This document shows, piece after piece, positions 1 to 10,384 of a stretch of 64,000 nucleotides of DNA. The notes below the pieces were generated by a model. That model was not told where the DNA came from, ran no database searches, and saw nothing but the letters and a program-made list of their open reading frames with translations. The DNA is taken from positions 69,580-133,579 of the IMG/VR virus record IMGVR_UViG_3300021387_000994, one strand, 5' to 3'. Numbering within the stretch: position 1 is the first letter of the stretch; each line of letters begins with the position of its first letter. Source of the stretch: a virus. Lineage: Duplodnaviria > Caudoviricetes. The translations under genes were made by a program, and so were the position numbers.

Positions 1-1355
1 AGATTGACGACGTTGACGATTTGAGAAGTTGGGCAGAAATGTTTGATATCGCTTATCAAGAACCAGTTTTTAAAGGATTTCTTTCTGAGTATCAGAAAGA
101 AAGATTAACAGACTATATTAAAGATGGTTCAAACAACAAAGACTCTTTTGCAAGATTTGTAATCACTTTGTTGAACCCAAGTCTAACACATTCCATCTAT
201 CAAGATGATGGATTTGAATCGCCAATCGACGGATTTATTTTCAAATTCATATCAGATGATGGAATAACAAAACCAATCTCGGCTAAACTCATAGACCCAT
301 ATATGTCTGGACTCATCGCCAAAAACAAAGCCAAAAAGGGATTTAACGACAACAAGGACGTACTTCTATCCGATTTCACTATTTTTATGATGGGTCAGGA
401 TTTAAATTCTATCATACTTACGAGCAATTCAAACGAAGACAGGTATCTAGAACTTTTCTATATATTGTTCAACAGATACATCAAGTATAAGAAAGCACAA
501 CTCGAAGACTTCGATATTGATACAAACGATGTTGTTAAAGAAAGTATTGAAATAGATTTTTCAGTAGATTTAGATAAAATCTCAAATGAAACAACAAAAA
601 AACTCTTGACTGAAAATCCAGAATATCGTAATATATTCAAAACACTTCTTGGAAGTTTCCGTACAAAGAAACCGGAAGATTACAAATCTCTCGTCATGGC
701 ACCAAATGTTGTCAGAATGTTTAATAGCATGGTTGATAGTATTTCGGAAAAATCAAAAGTCGGACATAAAAGTAAAAACATGACATTTTCAGATTATCTG
801 TCTGCAATCAAACCAAAAGATATCAACACATTGGATATAAATAACGCTCCAGATGAAGTAAAGGATGAGATGGGAATTTCAGAACCAGAACCACAGAGGG
901 AACCTTTGTCGTTTGCAGACTTCAAGAAAAAAGACGAGAAAGAAGAAAAGAAAGAAAAAACCGATAAAAGGTTGATGAACATAGAAGATATGATTAAACA
1001 ACTTAAAGATTCGGTGAAAGACATCACAGACGATGTTAAAAAGACAAGAGACGAGGAAGAGAAACAGTCAGAGGATATTGAAAATTTAAAAGATAAAGAA
1101 GATAAAGAAGAAAAGGACACAGAAAAAAAGGACGAAAAAGAAGAAAAGAAATCTGATAACCATTCATCTAATAACGACCACGAATCAAAGTCAGATGAAA
1201 AAAATGAAGATGATGGTTCTGAAGAAGATGATAGTTCTGAAGACGACGAATCAAAAGACGAAAACAAAGACGACGAATCAAAAGAAAAGAACGAAAAGGA
1301 TGATTCTTCAAAAGAAGATGATAAAAAAGATGTCTCCCAATTCGGTGGTTTCTAA
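1..1355 (+). CDS. Hypothetical virion/head-associated protein, 5'-truncated, with K/E/D-rich C-terminal tail
   Basis: Frame is open from the window edge (no stop before the TTG at 21). Low-complexity charged tail. Contains KNMTFSDYL and PLSFADFKK motifs. Confidence 0.6.
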   Translation, partial: IDDVDDLRSWAEMFDIAYQEPVFKGFLSEYQKERLTDYIKDGSNNKDSFARFVITLLNPSLTHSIYQDDGFESPIDGFIFKFISDDGITKPISAKLIDPYMSGLIAKNKAKKGFNDNKDVLLSDFTIFMMGQDLNSIILTSNSNEDRYLELFYILFNRYIKYKKAQLEDFDIDTNDVVKESIEIDFSVDLDKISNETTKKLLTENPEYRNIFKTLLGSFRTKKPEDYKSLVMAPNVVRMFNSMVDSISEKSKVGHKSKNMTFSDYLSAIKPKDINTLDINNAPDEVKDEMGISEPEPQREPLSFADFKKKDEKEEKKEKTDKRLMNIEDMIKQLKDSVKDITDDVKKTRDEEEKQSEDIENLKDKEDKEEKDTEKKDEKEEKKSDNHSSNNDHESKSDEKNEDDGSEEDDSSEDDESKDENKDDESKEKNEKDDSSKEDDKKDVSQFGGF

Positions 1356-1360
1356 TTTTT

Positions 1361-1368
1361 CATAAATA
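1361..1368 (+). promoter_or_regulatory. Late promoter CATAAATA (representative of 15 copies)
   Basis: Plus-strand copies at 1361, 3715, 5420, 16721, 17309, 50933, 53246, 57599 and 61848. Minus-strand copies at 11639, 12938, 32560, 33882, 40314 and 44814. All are about 20-50 nt upstream of starts. One mismatch from T4 TATAAATA. Confidence 0.85.
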
Positions 1369-1388
1369 TATTAAAGTAAATTTATAAA

Positions 1389-2984
1389 ATGGATAATTTA
1401 AACAAAAATATGCTCAATTTGATTGCAAGTTTCAAGAAAACAGGTCAATCAGATGAAGTTATTAAACAGAGTTTATGGCAGATGGGTATGATTCCCGAAT
1501 TGATAGATTCTCATATCGACTATTACAATTCACATCAATCAGATGTCTATAAACCTTATGTTGGTCCGATAGTAAAAGAAAACAATAACAATATGGAATT
1601 GACGTTAGAAAATTTGTACAAAAGTACACTTAAAGCAATAGACGCTTTAAAAGAAATGAGGAACGATGATAAGTTCGGATTCTCGGCAGCTACAGCACAA
1701 TCCATCATTGAGAACAATCTTTCTAAACTAAATATCTCAAATGATAACGAGGTTATTCTTAAAGAATGTATCAAAGAGGGAAAAGATATTGAAGACACAC
1801 TTGTAAATCCAGTACTTAAATATTCTGTTGCAGAGAATATGTTCTATGATTTGACACAATATGACTGGATTATGCCTGTCTCAGACCTCCGTGAGTCTTT
1901 GTTTGAGACGTTCAGTGGTGACAAATGGGGTTATGTTGCAGCAAAATTTGCAAAGAAAATTGCAAAGGATACAAGTAACAAAGCATTTGAAAATCTATAC
2001 GAGTCACTCATTGACACTTTGATTGACGAAGATAACAAGAGACTCGCCCTTAAAAATGTCTTGATGGAAAATACTTGGAATGGTGATGCAAAGGGAATCC
2101 TTATGTCAATCATTGCTGAAGAGAAAGAAGAACAAGGTCAAGTTGACACAAGAATCTATGAGAACAACAACTGTTCAATCCGTAAAAATATTTCCCCTTG
2201 TATTGTTGATGGTGAAAACAAAGTATTCTTCTTGAATGGTAAGAACTATATATTCAATGGAAAAGAACTCAAAGAAGCAAAGGTTACTGACAGAAGATAC
2301 CTTAACGTACTCGAGGGTCTTTCTTTAATGAAATATGAAGAAGATAAGAATCGTTTTGTATACTATGGGAAGAACAATATGCTTCTCGAATATAATTGTG
2401 ATACAGACAAATTCAATCTTACCGGTGTAGAGAATTTCTCAGACATGAGTCTTATTGATATGAACGAAACTTTGAAGAGATGTGGTATCTTTGACCGTGA
2501 GACAATTCAAATTTGTGAGAAACTCATCAAGTTCTACGAAAGCAAAGACCTTCTCACAGAAATCGACACTATCACAACAATAAGTAGAAACGATGTCGCC
2601 GGTGTTATGGTAAGTATCATCAATGTTGAAGAAGGTATCATTGTCAATAAAGTAAATCTCCCATTCAACTATAACGAATTAGTTTCTTGCAAAACTGCAA
2701 CAGAGGCATGTAAGGTTATTAAGGAGTTCATTAAATACGATGCAACATCTATTCTTGAAGAGCAATTGAAGAAAGAGGGTGAAGAAAGAGCAATCATTGA
2801 GTCAAAAAGAAACGAAATTAAAGATACTCTTGCATTTTTGACAGAAAAGAGAGCAGAACTCATCAGTGCAATCCAAGAAACTGACAACAATGAGCAACTC
2901 AAAGAAGCATTGAAACTTGTCGAAGGTGAGATTCGTAAATTTGAAAAAGAACTTCAAGAATCTTACATCGAAAAAAAAAATTAA
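1389..2984 (+). CDS. Late protein, possible prohead core/scaffold-like, C-terminal coiled coil
   Basis: 531 aa ORF after CATAAATA at 1361. Many (L/I/V)xE[S/N] sites (VKEN, LRES, LYES, LMEN, IYEN, LQES) resembling T4 gp21 cleavage sites. Function is inferred. Confidence 0.45.
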   Translation: MDNLNKNMLNLIASFKKTGQSDEVIKQSLWQMGMIPELIDSHIDYYNSHQSDVYKPYVGPIVKENNNNMELTLENLYKSTLKAIDALKEMRNDDKFGFSAATAQSIIENNLSKLNISNDNEVILKECIKEGKDIEDTLVNPVLKYSVAENMFYDLTQYDWIMPVSDLRESLFETFSGDKWGYVAAKFAKKIAKDTSNKAFENLYESLIDTLIDEDNKRLALKNVLMENTWNGDAKGILMSIIAEEKEEQGQVDTRIYENNNCSIRKNISPCIVDGENKVFFLNGKNYIFNGKELKEAKVTDRRYLNVLEGLSLMKYEEDKNRFVYYGKNNMLLEYNCDTDKFNLTGVENFSDMSLIDMNETLKRCGIFDRETIQICEKLIKFYESKDLLTEIDTITTISRNDVAGVMVSIINVEEGIIVNKVNLPFNYNELVSCKTATEACKVIKEFIKYDATSILEEQLKKEGEERAIIESKRNEIKDTLAFLTEKRAELISAIQETDNNEQLKEALKLVEGEIRKFEKELQESYIEKKN

Positions 2985-3022
2985 GTGAATCGTTCATAGA
3001 TGAACCTTCAGACCCGAGTCAA

Positions 3023-3235
3023 TTGGACTTTAACAAAAAGAAAATGTTAAAAAACGGATATATGGAAATGGTTGTAAAGATTCCAGTTGAAGGACTTAAA
3101 GAAGGTGATGTAGTATTTGCTTTGACAAATGAATTTGGACAGATAGGTGATGATGCTTCAATTAAAGTATGGAAAAACGAGAAAGATGATAAAGGTATTA
3201 TAATACCGGTCAAAAATCTCGAGATAAAACAATAA
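3023..3235 (+). CDS. Small protein or -1 frameshift extension of the 1389 ORF
   Basis: Frame is open from 2945 across the A10 run at 2971-2980. First ATG is at 3044. Confidence 0.55.
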   Translation: MDFNKKKMLKNGYMEMVVKIPVEGLKEGDVVFALTNEFGQIGDDASIKVWKNEKDDKGIIIPVKNLEIKQ

Positions 3236-3266
3236 AAACTGGGAATTAAAAACAATTCCCAGTTTT
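3235..3266 (+). terminator. Intrinsic terminator
   Basis: AAAACTGGGAATT-loop-AATTCCCAGTTTT. Confidence 0.8.
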
Positions 3267-3276
3267 GTTATATTTA
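3263..3276 (+). promoter_or_regulatory. Early/middle promoter TTTTGTTAT(A/T)TTT (representative of 12 copies)
   Basis: Plus-strand copies at 3263 and 20806. Minus-strand copies at 13801, 14794, 15997, 16751, 36340, 42255, 45975, 50200, 57577 and 61875. Resembles the Bacteroidota -7 element TAnnTTTG. Confidence 0.8.
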
Positions 3277-3298
3277 TATATATAATAAAATTTAGTCT

Positions 3299-3679
3299 AT
3301 GGGTAAGTCTAACACAAAGAAGTACTACCTGGACAACGATGAGCTAAAAACAGAAATTCTAAAATGTAAAGACAGTAAGGTTGCAAGTGAAAAATTAGGA
3401 CAAATGTTCTTTAAAATAGTTGAGAATGTTTCTAGAAGTTTCTATTGGGAGAATAAAGACGATGGTGATGACTGTAAAGCAAACGCCTTGTTTGATTTAT
3501 GTAAAAACTTCTGGAAATATGAACCAGAAAACGGAAATGCATTTGCTTTCTGCACACAAATAGCTTACTTCGGAATAGCAGGCGGGAAAAGGATTCTGTA
3601 CCCCAAAAAGTATGAAGGTACAGTTTCACTAACTTGTATAGATGATGACGGTAACAATTTTGAAATGTACAACATTTAA
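3299..3679 (+). CDS. T4 gp55-like late sigma factor (short)
   Basis: YYLDNDEL, LGQMFFKIVENVS and NAFAFCTQIAY match the gp55 family pattern (NPFAYFTQI). Confidence 0.75.
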   Translation: MGKSNTKKYYLDNDELKTEILKCKDSKVASEKLGQMFFKIVENVSRSFYWENKDDGDDCKANALFDLCKNFWKYEPENGNAFAFCTQIAYFGIAGGKRILYPKKYEGTVSLTCIDDDGNNFEMYNI

Positions 3680-3709
3680 AGAGACAACAAAAGTTGTCTC
3701 TTTTTTTTT
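3678..3709 (+). terminator. Intrinsic terminator
   Basis: GAGACAAC-AAAA-GTTGTCTC followed by T9. Confidence 0.85.
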
Positions 3710-3743
3710 ATAACCATAAATACAATATATATTATATTTTATT

Positions 3744-5033
3744 ATGAGTAACAATTTGTTTCAAAACGACAACATAGTAGGAAATTCATTAATCGGTTTT
3801 GAATTTAGAGCAATTTTCGATATGGACGACAATTCATTAATTGAAAAATTGAAAAATGTTCTAAATAGAGAAATCTCATTTTCAAATATAGAATATAAGT
3901 TACTTGAACCAACTAATAGTACGGCTATCTTAATGAAAGACGGACAATATTCTATCATAAAAACCGCCCTCTATAATTATTATGAGGCGGTTTATGTAAT
4001 GCCTAAGATTATAGAACTTCTTAAAGAGATAAAAGAAGTAAGAAACACATACATACATTTCGATATTGGTTTCAATGAAGATTTCTGTGAAGTAAAAAAT
4101 TTAAATATTGTTAAATTTATTTTGGAATTAAATGAAGACAGTATTTTGAAAAATATAGGTGATGTTACACAAAATGGTGAATTTAAAAAACTTACAGACA
4201 TTAAACCAACTTCATACAATGATTGTACAGATAAAGTTCAAAAACAAATAGAATCACTAAAACAACTTGATGAAGATGATTCAATATACGGAATAGACTT
4301 TTCAAAAGTAAATACCGGTATCATAACTTTTAAATATAGTGAGAATATAGACTACAGAAACAAATGGGAAGGTATTCTGAAATCATTAAACCATACGATA
4401 TCCACACTATATAATTCTACAAAATACAACGAACTCACAGATGAGCAAGTAAAAAAGATAGATGATTGGAATGAGCAGTACGATGAATATGAAAAATCAT
4501 TCAGATGTTTTGAACTTTTCAAAGAAAGATTCAAATCAATAAAAATAACAGTAGATTTAAACGACGATAAATCTGTTATTGATGTGATATTTCCATCTAT
4601 AAAGGAAAAATTATTTGACATAGTTATCTGCAATAACATCCGTACAGCAGAAATAAACTACGACTCGGATGTATCCAAACTACAAGTTAAAGACATAACT
4701 CTAAAAGGTTGTTACCATTTAAGAGATGTAGATATAGTCGATAGTGAGATACAAAATTCAAACATCAGAAAATGTGACATCTATGATACAAAGATTACAA
4801 ATAGTAATATCATAGAATGTAACTTATTCGGATATGCAAACTGCAAAGACTCAAAATTCAAAGATTGTTTTATCAGTCGAAACATAGAATTAAAAGATTG
4901 TGAAGTTACTGGCAAACTAGGAAAATTTGGTGGTACGATGAAAGGAGGTACCTTGAAAAACACAACTGTTTTGGTAGATAGTGCAGACATACACGATGAT
5001 GTTGAAAAAATAAATGTAAACGAGATAATGTAA
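3744..5033 (+). CDS. Late protein: degenerate amidoligase-like N-terminus plus pentapeptide-like repeat C-terminus
   Basis: IGFEF and YIHFDIGF segments. 5-residue periodic tail (IVDSE IQNSN IRKCD IYDTK ITNSN IIECN). Confidence 0.45.
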   Translation: MSNNLFQNDNIVGNSLIGFEFRAIFDMDDNSLIEKLKNVLNREISFSNIEYKLLEPTNSTAILMKDGQYSIIKTALYNYYEAVYVMPKIIELLKEIKEVRNTYIHFDIGFNEDFCEVKNLNIVKFILELNEDSILKNIGDVTQNGEFKKLTDIKPTSYNDCTDKVQKQIESLKQLDEDDSIYGIDFSKVNTGIITFKYSENIDYRNKWEGILKSLNHTISTLYNSTKYNELTDEQVKKIDDWNEQYDEYEKSFRCFELFKERFKSIKITVDLNDDKSVIDVIFPSIKEKLFDIVICNNIRTAEINYDSDVSKLQVKDITLKGCYHLRDVDIVDSEIQNSNIRKCDIYDTKITNSNIIECNLFGYANCKDSKFKDCFISRNIELKDCEVTGKLGKFGGTMKGGTLKNTTVLVDSADIHDDVEKINVNEIM

Positions 5034-5034
5034 T

Positions 5035-5394
5035 ATGTTGAAAGAAATATATTCAATTCCAAACGGAGAAACTCGATATAAAAAAGACGTGATGGAATTG
5101 ACAAGTGAATTAGATGTGATAATACAGCAAGTTGACCTTTTACTATTCACAAATAAAGGTGATGTGTTGATGATGCCGGAATTTGGTTGCAATCTAGAAC
5201 AATATCTATTCGAGACATCATTCAACGAATCTGTCATAAAGTCGATAATTATGAACCAGATAAATACTTTCATTTATCTTAAAGGAACATATACGGTCGA
5301 TGTAGATGTCAGTTTCATTAAATGGGATTTCAATGTCGCCATGGTGGTAGATTTGAAAATAAACAATAAGGTAATTTCATCATACTTGGTGTAA
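5035..5394 (+). CDS. Baseplate wedge protein, gp25-like
   Basis: 119 aa. GDVLMMPEFGCNLEQYLFE is the typical gp25 signature. Lies upstream of the gp6-like gene. Confidence 0.8.
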   Translation: MLKEIYSIPNGETRYKKDVMELTSELDVIIQQVDLLLFTNKGDVLMMPEFGCNLEQYLFETSFNESVIKSIIMNQINTFIYLKGTYTVDVDVSFIKWDFNVAMVVDLKINNKVISSYLV

Positions 5395-5453
5395 ATTACC
5401 TTTTCTTATTATAGTCATCCATAAATATACTATATAATCAATTATAGAATTTT

Positions 5454-7229
5454 ATGTTCTTATCGAAAGCAAGACTTAAAGCGTCAGAATTAATTGAACA
5501 GGCAGTTACATTTTTAGTTTCAAAATATGAGCAAGCAGCCCACGTTTTCACGCCGGCATCACCATTCGGACAATTGTTGATTGTAATATCAAATATGGCC
5601 GAACTTATTTTCACGTACATCACACACTCGGCAGAGGAATTGAATATATCAACTGCACAGAACGTCGAGAGTATTCATGGTCTTGCAAGACTTACCGGAC
5701 ACGATGCTTATCGTGGTGCTTCTGCATATGGTGTAATGCAGATAAAATTGAATAATTCATCACTTGATTATATTAAAGGAAATTATTTGACAATTAATAA
5801 TTTCACAAAGTTTTCAATAGCAGAAACAAGTGCAAACTATTTTTTAAATCTTCCTAATGACTACATCCGTATTTCAAAATCTGAAGACAATTTTATAAAT
5901 ATAAACTATATTCAAGGTGAGATTGATTCCCAAACATTTATTTCAGACGGAACACCTCTCCAAACATTTAACCCAGTTGTAAAAAATATGACTGACAATG
6001 ATAATGTCACAGTCACAGTAAATGGTAAAGAATGGAGAAAAGTTGAGAGTCTATATGACATGCCTGCTGACGACGGATATAATGAAGATTGTGAATGTTT
6101 TATGGTAAAGTCATCTGTAAATGTAGGATTGACAGTTATATTCGGAAACGGACATTTTGGAAAGATTCCAGAGACTGGTTCAAATATAGAAGTCACATAT
6201 ATCAAGACGGTCGGATATGCTGGTAATGCACATTCAGACAATCTCACATTTGAATTTACGGACACTGGTATAGACGAGATGGGTAACGAAGTAGATTTGA
6301 ATGAAGTACTCTTGATAAAGAGTGTGACACCACCGACGATGGGTTGTGACTATGAAGACCCAGAATTTACAAAACTTATTGCCCCAAAGACAAGTAAGTC
6401 ATTCGTTCTAGCAACACCAGAAAACTATGTCAGTTTTCTTTCAAAGTATAATCAGTTCTCATTTATAGATGCTTATAACACAAAGGATGATGGAAATCTT
6501 GAAGATGATAATATTGTTTATTTGAGACTCATTCCCAATATTAAAAAGAAACTATCTTCAACAGAAGACTATTTCCAACTTCCGGAAAAGGAATACTTCT
6601 TGACTGATGATGAAAAATCAGCGGTTATACAAGCAATAGAAGACTCTGGTCAAATGTTGATTTCATCTGAGGTTTATATCGTAGACCCAGTTATTAAAAG
6701 ATTTGCAATCAATGTAATTATCAGATATTTCGAAAATGCAAACAAAACTGCAATAAGAACCGACATCAGAAATATTTTCGGAAAGTATTTCTTGAATATA
6801 AACAGAAGGGACATCATACCTTTGTCGGATTTGATTTCTATTGTAGAAGGTGTTGAAGGAGTTGATACATGTGATGTTTTCTTCACAACAGAAGAAAACG
6901 AGAACGCCATCAAATACGGATACTACACAACAACCAAACAAAGATGGAATAACTACACACTAAGATACGAAAGTGTCGATACAAGAATATATGTGAATAC
7001 GGGTGAAGACCCACAAGTAGGATTCGACAGTTTCGGAAACATAATGGTACCAGAAAACTGCATCTACATACCAAAAGGTGGTTGGAGAGACAGAAACGGT
7101 AACTACTACACTGAAACACCGGAAACAGGAAAGCTTGGTCCGTTGAACATATTCTTCACCGATGAAGTTAATGACACAATATATAATCAGACAATGCAAA
7201 AAAGATTTGCAAAATTATTGAACAAGTAA
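5454..7229 (+). CDS. Baseplate wedge protein, gp6/J-like
   Basis: TAQNVESIHGLARLTG, VIFGNGHFGKIP, IEVTYIKTVG and LATPENY motifs of gp6-like wedges. Confidence 0.8.
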   Translation: MFLSKARLKASELIEQAVTFLVSKYEQAAHVFTPASPFGQLLIVISNMAELIFTYITHSAEELNISTAQNVESIHGLARLTGHDAYRGASAYGVMQIKLNNSSLDYIKGNYLTINNFTKFSIAETSANYFLNLPNDYIRISKSEDNFININYIQGEIDSQTFISDGTPLQTFNPVVKNMTDNDNVTVTVNGKEWRKVESLYDMPADDGYNEDCECFMVKSSVNVGLTVIFGNGHFGKIPETGSNIEVTYIKTVGYAGNAHSDNLTFEFTDTGIDEMGNEVDLNEVLLIKSVTPPTMGCDYEDPEFTKLIAPKTSKSFVLATPENYVSFLSKYNQFSFIDAYNTKDDGNLEDDNIVYLRLIPNIKKKLSSTEDYFQLPEKEYFLTDDEKSAVIQAIEDSGQMLISSEVYIVDPVIKRFAINVIIRYFENANKTAIRTDIRNIFGKYFLNINRRDIIPLSDLISIVEGVEGVDTCDVFFTTEENENAIKYGYYTTTKQRWNNYTLRYESVDTRIYVNTGEDPQVGFDSFGNIMVPENCIYIPKGGWRDRNGNYYTETPETGKLGPLNIFFTDEVNDTIYNQTMQKRFAKLLNK

Positions 7230-7230
7230 T

Positions 7231-7515
7231 ATGGACACAAGTAAGAACACAGATATAAACATTATTAAATACAAAGGGTTTGATTCTATTTACGACCAAA
7301 TTAATACAAGTAGATGGAAACTAAAAAACCTTGGATACAAATATGAAGACACACTCTTTGAAGACAATACAAGTAAGTATCTCCAAAGAAACACAATGAT
7401 GGTAAGTATGTTCAAGTATCTCAACAAAATAATGTCACATTTAATTAACAGTGTTAAATATCTGAGAAACTATAACAATTACGCCGTACCAAAAGATTAT
7501 AAATTTATAAACTAA
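7231..7515 (+). CDS. Small baseplate-operon protein
   Basis: 94 aa, translationally coupled between the wedge genes. Confidence 0.55.
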   Translation: MDTSKNTDINIIKYKGFDSIYDQINTSRWKLKNLGYKYEDTLFEDNTSKYLQRNTMMVSMFKYLNKIMSHLINSVKYLRNYNNYAVPKDYKFIN

Positions 7516-10364
7516 TGAATGTAAAAAATTTAGTATTTTTCGACAATAGTGGATACAATTTGAACTTTGAGTGGAATAATTCACTAAAGTTATGGGAAGG
7601 AAATATCTATTTTCCAAAGGTGAGTGTTGGTCTGTATTCAAACACCAACATATATATCATGGAAAAAATCACTGAATGGTCTGATTCAGACATTGAAGAG
7701 TATTACTATTTCCCACAAAAAGATGAGTCCGACAATACTCTGACATTTTCGTGGGATATACTGAATACGTTTGTTGATGAATTTTTTATGTTCGATTTCG
7801 ACACGACATACTATGCCTTGCACGACTATGAAACTTCGGCTTTAGAATATACACCAAACAACGGTCCAGAACTCGAGACATTGATTGTAAAAACATTTGA
7901 CAAATATGAAGTGGAGTTAGATGACAATTTTTCGACAAAGTCTCTACCTTTACATATTGCATTCTCGTCACCGGCCAAATTTGATGCAACAACATTCAAA
8001 AGAACATTGGATATTTCTTATGGTTCAAGAAAAATTGCAAGAATAACATTTTTTGCCGAAACAATAGAGGAAGACGAGCGTCTTAAAGTACTAAACAAAA
8101 ATTTAGGGTACAATATCAAACCGGAAGATACAATAATCTTTAAAGATGCAGACATAAAAGAAATATATCCAGACTATAAGTTATTGAATGAAAAAAGAAA
8201 AGAACTTATGATAGAGGGACATAACATTTACCCATACATAGGTTCATATAAAGCAATCATAAACGTAATCAAATATTTCGGTTATGAGAATCTGAACATA
8301 ATAGAATATTGGAGAAACGTTGATTTCCAGAGTGAAAACTTCGGTAAGATATTTGCAACGTCAAAATACAAACTCACGAACAAAGAAACTATAAACGTGA
8401 GTGGTAAAATTATACCCATTCCAAACAAAAATTACAGGAAACTCAACAATATATCGCTTGTTTATACTATAAACCATCCGACAAAAGAATTCGACTATCT
8501 TGAACTTCCACTTGTTAAAGAAGATTTCGACTTTACTATGGAAGAGGTACTGATTAAACTTTTCACCCTCCGTAGAAAATTGAATGCAGAATTTATGCCA
8601 TCATCATCAAGAATAGTCGACATTATTGGAGAAGGTTATTATTTTGGACTAGAAGATGTCATAAACAATGCAGTTACACCGGATGATGAGAAAACGTTTG
8701 AAAAGAAAAGACTTCATCATCCAAGTATATCTATTTTTCCAAGCACTAAAGTATTCACACCAAAAATCAAAGAGGTTGATTTTGTAGATTCTGATTCTGA
8801 ACATTTCGACTATGTTGAAGACTTAACTGAGAACTTACCAGATGGGTTTGAATTTAACACATGTACAACACATATAACAGACAACAGGCAATTCAGACAA
8901 TATGCAATAGAACAATACTATGATATTGAAATAGAACCAAATTTCTATAAAATAAATTTGGAAACTCCAATATCAAATGTAGGTGATGTCCCAATCGAAT
9001 CAGTGGAAGAAGAATATTTAGGTGGAGACTCTGATTCAGACATATTGAATAATATATATTCATTTGAAAACATTCCTATCGTCAATGACATATCTGACGA
9101 TGAAAGTGATAGTGAATATTTCAAAAAAGGACTCACAGACTATTATGAAGAATACTACAACAAAGTAATGTCTGGAGAACTTCCAGAGATAGAGTTTGAA
9201 CCAAATTTTCACGATGATGAAATGGATATAAAACCATCAGCAAAAGTCATCCTCGAAAATACATCATTCGACACAGTTAAATTCAGACAAATTTTGGACA
9301 CATTCGGTGACTCTAATTTAAACGGAATGACATTTGGAAACATAGACACCACATATTATGGATTTGAAGAAATAAGATGGGTTGTAAAAACATCCGAAAA
9401 CCAAGATGACGAGGATTTAAAAAAGATTGGTGTGAATTACACATTTGAAGCACGTGATTTCACATTCGACACCAATTTTCAAAGTATATACGATTTCAGA
9501 AAGATACTAGTTGAACTTCCATTTGTTGGATATTATGATGTAGAAATGACATTCAAAAACGATGATGGAACCGTAAAATATATTTTTGAGAAAGCAATAA
9601 AGGTAGAACCATATAATCTTGACATACGTGGTTTTTACTATGATGCAAGAAGTCTTCCTGAAGATTTACAATATGATTTTAAATCTTATGACATAGAAGT
9701 AGTTGATGGTAGTGACAGTGATATTACAAACGACTACATCGACTTCATTCGTAGAAGACTAACCGATATGTCGAACTTTGCACTCACTGAAAGACTTTAT
9801 GAGACAGACAGAGATAAATCGATGCCATTGTATGGTATAGATGATGATGGTTTAAGATATACTATCAATTCTGGTCCGTATGGTGGTGGTTATATCAATG
9901 AAAGTTGGTATCTACTAGACAATCTAAATTATGACATAACTTCACTTAATCCAGAATTAAATATTGAAAGTGCAAGATACATTAAAAATGCAGTGGATGT
10001 AAAACCATACACATGGTTCTTGTTAGGATTTGATGAGTCAAAAATAACAAGTGTTGTCAATCCAAAATGGAAACTCACAAACCTCACAAGGGGAGAATCC
10101 GTTGAACATGAAGGAAGATACTTTACACTTCTTTTGAAAAAGGAAGGTGACTACATGATTGAACTCTCATTGGAAGACACTAACGGTAATAAATATAGTA
10201 CAAAGAGAAATATCATCATAGTCGATAAAGATGCAAACTATAAGTTATACAAGTTATTCAAAGAAGACTACGATGCATCTGTAAAAGAAAACGAACAAAG
10301 AGATGCAATGTTTTATCAGAATCTTGCACGACTAAGTACATCGATGACAATAGACGATGAATAA
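7515..10364 (+). CDS. Large baseplate wedge protein (gp7-like) with PKD/Ig-like C-terminus
   Basis: YIGSYKAIINVIKYFGY resembles the P2 gpI/gp7 motif. C-terminal EGDYMIELSLEDTNGN. Baseplate context. Confidence 0.55.
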   Translation: MNVKNLVFFDNSGYNLNFEWNNSLKLWEGNIYFPKVSVGLYSNTNIYIMEKITEWSDSDIEEYYYFPQKDESDNTLTFSWDILNTFVDEFFMFDFDTTYYALHDYETSALEYTPNNGPELETLIVKTFDKYEVELDDNFSTKSLPLHIAFSSPAKFDATTFKRTLDISYGSRKIARITFFAETIEEDERLKVLNKNLGYNIKPEDTIIFKDADIKEIYPDYKLLNEKRKELMIEGHNIYPYIGSYKAIINVIKYFGYENLNIIEYWRNVDFQSENFGKIFATSKYKLTNKETINVSGKIIPIPNKNYRKLNNISLVYTINHPTKEFDYLELPLVKEDFDFTMEEVLIKLFTLRRKLNAEFMPSSSRIVDIIGEGYYFGLEDVINNAVTPDDEKTFEKKRLHHPSISIFPSTKVFTPKIKEVDFVDSDSEHFDYVEDLTENLPDGFEFNTCTTHITDNRQFRQYAIEQYYDIEIEPNFYKINLETPISNVGDVPIESVEEEYLGGDSDSDILNNIYSFENIPIVNDISDDESDSEYFKKGLTDYYEEYYNKVMSGELPEIEFEPNFHDDEMDIKPSAKVILENTSFDTVKFRQILDTFGDSNLNGMTFGNIDTTYYGFEEIRWVVKTSENQDDEDLKKIGVNYTFEARDFTFDTNFQSIYDFRKILVELPFVGYYDVEMTFKNDDGTVKYIFEKAIKVEPYNLDIRGFYYDARSLPEDLQYDFKSYDIEVVDGSDSDITNDYIDFIRRRLTDMSNFALTERLYETDRDKSMPLYGIDDDGLRYTINSGPYGGGYINESWYLLDNLNYDITSLNPELNIESARYIKNAVDVKPYTWFLLGFDESKITSVVNPKWKLTNLTRGESVEHEGRYFTLLLKKEGDYMIELSLEDTNGNKYSTKRNIIIVDKDANYKLYKLFKEDYDASVKENEQRDAMFYQNLARLSTSMTIDDE

Positions 10365-10384
10365 AATAAACAAAATAAAAAAAT

